Positions 27,154 through 31,435 of a stretch of 31,435 nucleotides of DNA are shown here, piece after piece. Numbering within the stretch: the stretch's first letter is position 1; each line of letters begins with the position of its first letter. Under the pieces are notes generated by a model that was not told the DNA's origin, made no database searches, and worked only from the letters and a program-made list of their open reading frames with translations. The translations under genes were made by a program, and so were the position numbers. Origin of the DNA: a bacterium (lineage in GTDB: Bacteria > SZUA-182 > DTGQ01); contig JBFMGO010000074.1 of the NCBI GenBank assembly GCA_040752695.1, positions 1-31,435 on the forward strand, written 5' to 3'.

Positions 27154-27750
27154 TTACTCTATCTCATTGTTTATAGATTCTGCATTCATATACTTGATAA
27201 ATCCAATTACAACACCAATAACATTCACTTGACCGGCTGTAAAATCCTCTGTCTTGTGGGTGAGGAGATTATAAAGGGTAGCCTGGCCCAATCGCATCCG
27301 AAATCTTCGAAAAACCTGGTCACTATTGAATTCGATTAAGATAATATTCCCTTCCCTGCAATCCCTTTCTGTATCAATGATTGCCAGGTCTCCTTTTTCA
27401 ACACCAACCGCTTGTAAACAACAGTCAGACACGCGAACAGCAAACAATTGGCGGTCGTTTTTGAGAATATGAAAGCCTCCCGTATCACAATTATCCCTCA
27501 AGGGGGAAGGAGAAAACTCAAGTAAGAGCTTACAGGCTGAATTGACGATTTCAACAGAGCGTGCACGTCCTCCTGATAGATGGATATAGCCCTTTTTTTC
27601 CAGCGCCTTCAAATGGTCCCTGGCCGTTGCCGTAGATGTCCAGCCAAACTGCTGACAGAGCTCCCGATACGTCGGAGCTGGTCTGCCTTCTTTGCTGTGC
27701 TGCTGGATAATCTCCAGCAGGTATCTTTGAATCGGAGTTAAGTTTCTCAT
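27154..27750 (-). CDS. LexA-like repressor with a degenerate S24 peptidase domain (ATG 27750 preferred to the track start 27768)
   Basis: LexA wHTH LTPIQ...PTYRELCQQFGWTSTATARDHLKALEKKGYI...AR; C-terminal FAVRVSDCCL...GDLAII...VFRRF lacks the catalytic Ser/Lys; no AG cleavage site. Confidence 0.85.
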   Translation of the reverse strand: MRNLTPIQRYLLEIIQQHSKEGRPAPTYRELCQQFGWTSTATARDHLKALEKKGYIHLSGGRARSVEIVNSACKLLLEFSPSPLRDNCDTGGFHILKNDRQLFAVRVSDCCLQAVGVEKGDLAIIDTERDCREGNIILIEFNSDQVFRRFRMRLGQATLYNLLTHKTEDFTAGQVNVIGVVIGFIKYMNAESINNEIE

Positions 27751-27758
27751 AACTTCGT

Positions 27759-27788
27759 AAAATACCACTCGGACGAGTGGTATGTCAA
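27759..27788 (-). promoter_or_regulatory. Sigma70-type promoter of the repressor with an overlapping palindromic operator
   Basis: TTGACA-N18-TATTTT (TG-extended) ending 8 nt before the ATG; perfect IR ATACCACTCG-GA-CGAGTGGTAT at 27762-27783. Confidence 0.65.
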
Positions 27789-28138
27789 GAGTAAAATTTC
27801 ACCTGGAAGCTTACCGGTTAAAATCATTTCCCGCTTTCATCTCCTGCTCTTCTCAAGGCAGGGGGGATTTTTTAAGTTCCTTCCTCCTATTTTCTGTCAA
27901 TAGGGAAAAAACGTGATTTTCCTCTGCAAAGCCGTTCACTTCTGAATCAGCCTCGACACCAGGGGTATACTTAAAAAAGTAAGATAAGAGATTAATTTCA
28001 TGAATTTTAACCTTAACATTTTTATATTTTCTAATCATGAACTCCAACCGTAACCATTACCATTAACTCATTCAACATACACTGTGGCATCTGCCCGAAA
28101 GAGTACGGGCGGCTGCTTTTATGGGAGGGTGAGCCAAA

Positions 28139-28558
28139 ATGTCAATCGTGAGCATGTATGATTTTCTGGATGACGTTAATCCCGATTATGCCTTTACTCT
28201 TTCGGTAGATCCGCAGGAAGTCATGGTCATCTCAGGCGAGAAAGAGGTTGAAATCCACCGTGGCCGGGGCAGGTCCGAGGAGCGGGTCATTCTGTCGGAT
28301 CAGTCAAGATTCTGGGCCAAACTGCAATGGAGAGTTATGAATGAGGCTGATCACAGCACACTCTTCGATTTTTACCACGATCCGAACAAGGGGTGCGGAA
28401 CAGCCAGAACCTTCTTCTGGGCCCCACCGCCCCAGTATGACAGCCACATTTATGTGGTCAGATTTGATTGCCGGTGGGAGTCATTCATGCAAAATTACAA
28501 AAATTATGGAGTAGCCAATTTGTTGTTCTCCGTTGCAGGGAGGAAACTGGAATTATGA
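28139..28558 (+). CDS. Phage distal-tail (Dit/gpM-like) protein
   Basis: 139 aa; LQWRVMNEADHSTLFDFY...ARTFFW.PP...YVVRFD pattern typical of siphophage minor tail proteins; SD GGGAGG; ATGA overlap with the next ORF. Confidence 0.65.
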   Translation: MSIVSMYDFLDDVNPDYAFTLSVDPQEVMVISGEKEVEIHRGRGRSEERVILSDQSRFWAKLQWRVMNEADHSTLFDFYHDPNKGCGTARTFFWAPPPQYDSHIYVVRFDCRWESFMQNYKNYGVANLLFSVAGRKLEL

Positions 28559-31435
28559 GAACAGGTCTAACGCCTCAACAGACGCAAATACTCAACGCAG
28601 GTGTTAAAAAGGTCTCCTGGCTGTTCGAGATTGACCGGGATAACGACGGTACGGTCGATTATTACTGGTCTACGGAGGCAAGGGCCTTCAGTGGACATGA
28701 TTATACTTACAAAATCATCTCCTTCTCTCCGCTTGTCATAAATATGGGCGAACCGGAAATCGGGATTATTCCGCCTGCCAAAACCACGGTTCTGGCCTCT
28801 TTTTCGGGAAATACGGCCGATGGAGAGCCTGGAGGGCCCGGATCAAGCGCTTTTGAGGGCGCATCAGTGACCATCCGGCTGGTGTGCAAAGCCGAGGTTG
28901 ACTCATGCTGGCAGGAAGCCCAGATCATGGCCTGGCGCTTTCGGGTCGTTTCGGCCTGTGCAGTGGACCAGGTCCTGACCCTCGAGTGCCAGGACTGGTT
29001 CACTCCCTGCCTTGAAGGGGATTATCCAAACACTCCTTTAGTGAGTGATCTTTTCCGGGCTGACGTTATGAAGAATGACAATGTGTGCGTACCCCTTGTT
29101 TTTGGCACTCCCTTTTTCCCGATCCGCTGGATCAGCAGTTCGCGGGATGCCGTATACGTGGATGAGTCCACTTTCACCGTGGCCGGTGATCAGACTGCTC
29201 TGTTTTCCCCCGGCAGGTTCGCTCTGGCTCATTGCGGAGTGGATGGCACAAGGGTACTGTGGGTGCAAGGCAGTTCCTATACCTCCACTCCCTCCGCATT
29301 TACTACGGTCACGCTCTCAACTGCCAGCGGCATATTGACCGTCAACCTGACCAGAGTGAGCACTGACCATTATCTGCTCGGGCCTGCGGATAAAAGTTAT
29401 ACCATAGACCGGGCACGCACGCCGCAGGAGGTCAACTTCAAGACAACCTATCTGGCCGAAGACTATACCTTTTGTCAGGACACTCTGACTGGCTCAGACG
29501 GAGCAAGCTACCGGGCTATACAGCTTTTGTGTGATGACGCCAATAAAGACGGCATCAATGATGCCAATGGATTCTGGGGCGTTGCAGGCAAGGAAATCTA
29601 CGACCTGCCCTTGCGCTTCTCCCGCAGCGATCTTGTGAACACGACCAACCCCAGCGACATAGCAGCCTGGGTATTTGCGGATTGGGGTATACCGGCGGGT
29701 GAAATCGATGATACATCCAGGGCAGAGGCATCGGCGGCTTTCAGCGCCAGGGGACTTGACCTGCACATCGGGCTTTGGTCCCGAATGCCAAGAGAGAAAT
29801 TCATTTCCAAACTTTTCACCATAGCGGGGATGATTCCCCTTTACCGGGATAAAATCGGATTCAAGGTCTTAACCAGGACAAGTCAAATGGTTATCGAAGA
29901 GGACCTGATCAAGCCCGGCTCTTTCCGGATCAGCCGAACCTATACCCAAAAGGAAAAGGATGCTGGATACGTGACCTGGCAAATACCGACAGAGCCGATT
30001 GACCAGGTGAATAAATCTCTTATCGCTGCCAAGAGCACGACAAACAGCTACTCCGACACCACAATCGAGGCTGAATGGATACCCGATTCAGTCAAGGCTC
30101 AAAAAAGCGGGAAACTGGCTCTGCAGCGCATCCTGCTCAGGGATAAAACCATCACCTTCACCGCTCACAGTCCAATTTTAATCCTGGAGCCGGGAGACAT
30201 GATTACCATAGACTCGCAGAACCTGGGAGCAGAAAGCACTGCCTACGATTGCCTGATTACGAAAATGACCATCCATGAGGATTTACTGATCGATATCGAA
30301 TGCGTCAGATTTTCAGAAACCCTGGACAATTGGGAGGACCTTACAGCAGATGACATCGTAATCGATGAGACAGCCAATACAGACCGGGGATATTCGCCTG
30401 TTTACCAGGGGCCGGTTGACGCAAAAGGCCCGGCTGATCAGGCCAATCGGATCACTGGTACCGTCTTGATCGGCGAAGGCGGCATTCTGGCAACGAATTC
30501 GAATCCGGCAGCTCAAGGCGGATTCCAGGCCACCAATGAGTACCTTACCTGCTACAACACGAGCGGACAGGTGAGGCTCAAGGCAGTCTATGCCGGAGCC
30601 GACCAGGGAGACGTGATTATCGGGGATTACGATAATGGCCGGGGGATTAAATGGGACCAGTCGGCTGCGAAGCTGAGTGTAAAAGTCGATTCTGACGGCG
30701 GAATATCGGTTACCGGAGGCGGGGACATAAGCCTCGAAGGAAGCGATACTGACCCTGGCAGAGTAAAATTCACAGGCACCAGCTATTCGGTCGAGATCGG
30801 CGGGGATACCGACGGCAACCGCTTCCTGATTAAACCAGACACGAACAATGCCGTCGATTGCCACATCGGGATAAATGGTGCCTGGTGGGGTGAAGAAGAC
30901 ACACGGTTTCGTGATATCCGGCTCTATGCGAAACGACAGGGCTTTCTTGCCTGTGGTGACTGGACTGGCGCGGTAAACGGAGCATCGATCGAAGTGGACG
31001 GAGACGCTCTGGATTCCGAACCCGTCATTACCTTTACCCTCTACGACAAGACAAGTCAGACACTCTCGCAGTACACCCTCAAGCATGGCCACTTCAGGCC
31101 CGTGGATCACAAAACCTGCGATCTGGGAGGAGCAGCGGCAGCCTGGGATGACGCTTACGCCAATGACTGGCACAATGTGGCTGATTTTTTCTTTCTCGAT
31201 CACAGGAAAGAAGGTGAAAACCTCACGCCGGTAGACGATGTGGAAGTGATTAAGGCCATCAAATCGAGCGGCGTGTTCGACCCAAAGACCGGCCTGGAAT
31301 TGATCGATGACAATACACTGCCCGAATGGCTCCTGAGCAAAGATAAGGCGAGCGGAAAACCATTCTTCGATGAGGAGGGAAAACCCTATCTTTCACTCAA
31401 GGCTATGATCAGCCTGTGCCTTGGAGCTATTCGAC
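28555..31435 (+). CDS. Phage tail-tip protein: baseplate hub + central fibre/spike, partial (>=960 codons, runs off the window)
   Basis: Translated by hand, open from ATG 28555 to the end: MRTGLTPQQ...WLFEID...CVPLVFG...NPSDIAAWVF...LEPGDMITID...DLGGAAAAWDDAYA...LSLKAMISLCLGAIR; not in the ORF track because it has no stop. Confidence 0.8.
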   Translation, partial: MRTGLTPQQTQILNAGVKKVSWLFEIDRDNDGTVDYYWSTEARAFSGHDYTYKIISFSPLVINMGEPEIGIIPPAKTTVLASFSGNTADGEPGGPGSSAFEGASVTIRLVCKAEVDSCWQEAQIMAWRFRVVSACAVDQVLTLECQDWFTPCLEGDYPNTPLVSDLFRADVMKNDNVCVPLVFGTPFFPIRWISSSRDAVYVDESTFTVAGDQTALFSPGRFALAHCGVDGTRVLWVQGSSYTSTPSAFTTVTLSTASGILTVNLTRVSTDHYLLGPADKSYTIDRARTPQEVNFKTTYLAEDYTFCQDTLTGSDGASYRAIQLLCDDANKDGINDANGFWGVAGKEIYDLPLRFSRSDLVNTTNPSDIAAWVFADWGIPAGEIDDTSRAEASAAFSARGLDLHIGLWSRMPREKFISKLFTIAGMIPLYRDKIGFKVLTRTSQMVIEEDLIKPGSFRISRTYTQKEKDAGYVTWQIPTEPIDQVNKSLIAAKSTTNSYSDTTIEAEWIPDSVKAQKSGKLALQRILLRDKTITFTAHSPILILEPGDMITIDSQNLGAESTAYDCLITKMTIHEDLLIDIECVRFSETLDNWEDLTADDIVIDETANTDRGYSPVYQGPVDAKGPADQANRITGTVLIGEGGILATNSNPAAQGGFQATNEYLTCYNTSGQVRLKAVYAGADQGDVIIGDYDNGRGIKWDQSAAKLSVKVDSDGGISVTGGGDISLEGSDTDPGRVKFTGTSYSVEIGGDTDGNRFLIKPDTNNAVDCHIGINGAWWGEEDTRFRDIRLYAKRQGFLACGDWTGAVNGASIEVDGDALDSEPVITFTLYDKTSQTLSQYTLKHGHFRPVDHKTCDLGGAAAAWDDAYANDWHNVADFFFLDHRKEGENLTPVDDVEVIKAIKSSGVFDPKTGLELIDDNTLPEWLLSKDKASGKPFFDEEGKPYLSLKAMISLCLGAIR

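Noticed and set aside
27154..27768. Calling this gene canonical lexA
   Set aside because: Catalytic dyad and cleavage site are absent, so the symbol is withheld
30313..31203. 296-aa minus-strand ORF
   Set aside because: Antisense shadow of the long + strand tail ORF; no recognisable motifs

Overview
Chromosomal window from a diderm bacterium (it carries lapA/lapB), alternating between core genes and accessory, sigma54-rich segments. (1) 1-9185: a co-oriented + strand cluster: partial ORF, catalytically degenerate RNase H-like protein, YqhA membrane protein, a 1778-aa beta-propeller/HEAT/beta-propeller protein with two tandem STAND-type P-loop NTPases, an overlapping stand-alone AAA_35-like NTPase, and an NtrC-type activator with no DNA-binding HTH. 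(2) 9197-13390: an Fn3 surface protein, sigma54-linked small ORFs, tRNA-Arg(ACG), a decayed IS5-family element, MITEs and REP-like palindromes. (3) 13398-22228: core genes (HIT-lapA-lapB-mutS, trmJ-rsmE, PIN nuclease-prmA). (4) 22510-26548: a sigma54 activator with no sensor domain, a pseudo-receiver/PilZ protein behind a structured leader, and a secreted (GGLY)n-repeat protein; five -24/-12 promoters occur in the window overall. (5) 26782-31435: an FmdB zinc-ribbon gene and a LexA-like repressor lacking its autocleavage residues, with a perfect palindrome in its promoter, divergent from a two-gene phage tail-tip module (Dit-like gene plus a >=960-codon hub/central-fibre ORF that runs off the window and is missing from the ORF track). 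No CRISPR array, rRNA or integrase was seen. All family calls are from motif recognition by eye, not database searches.
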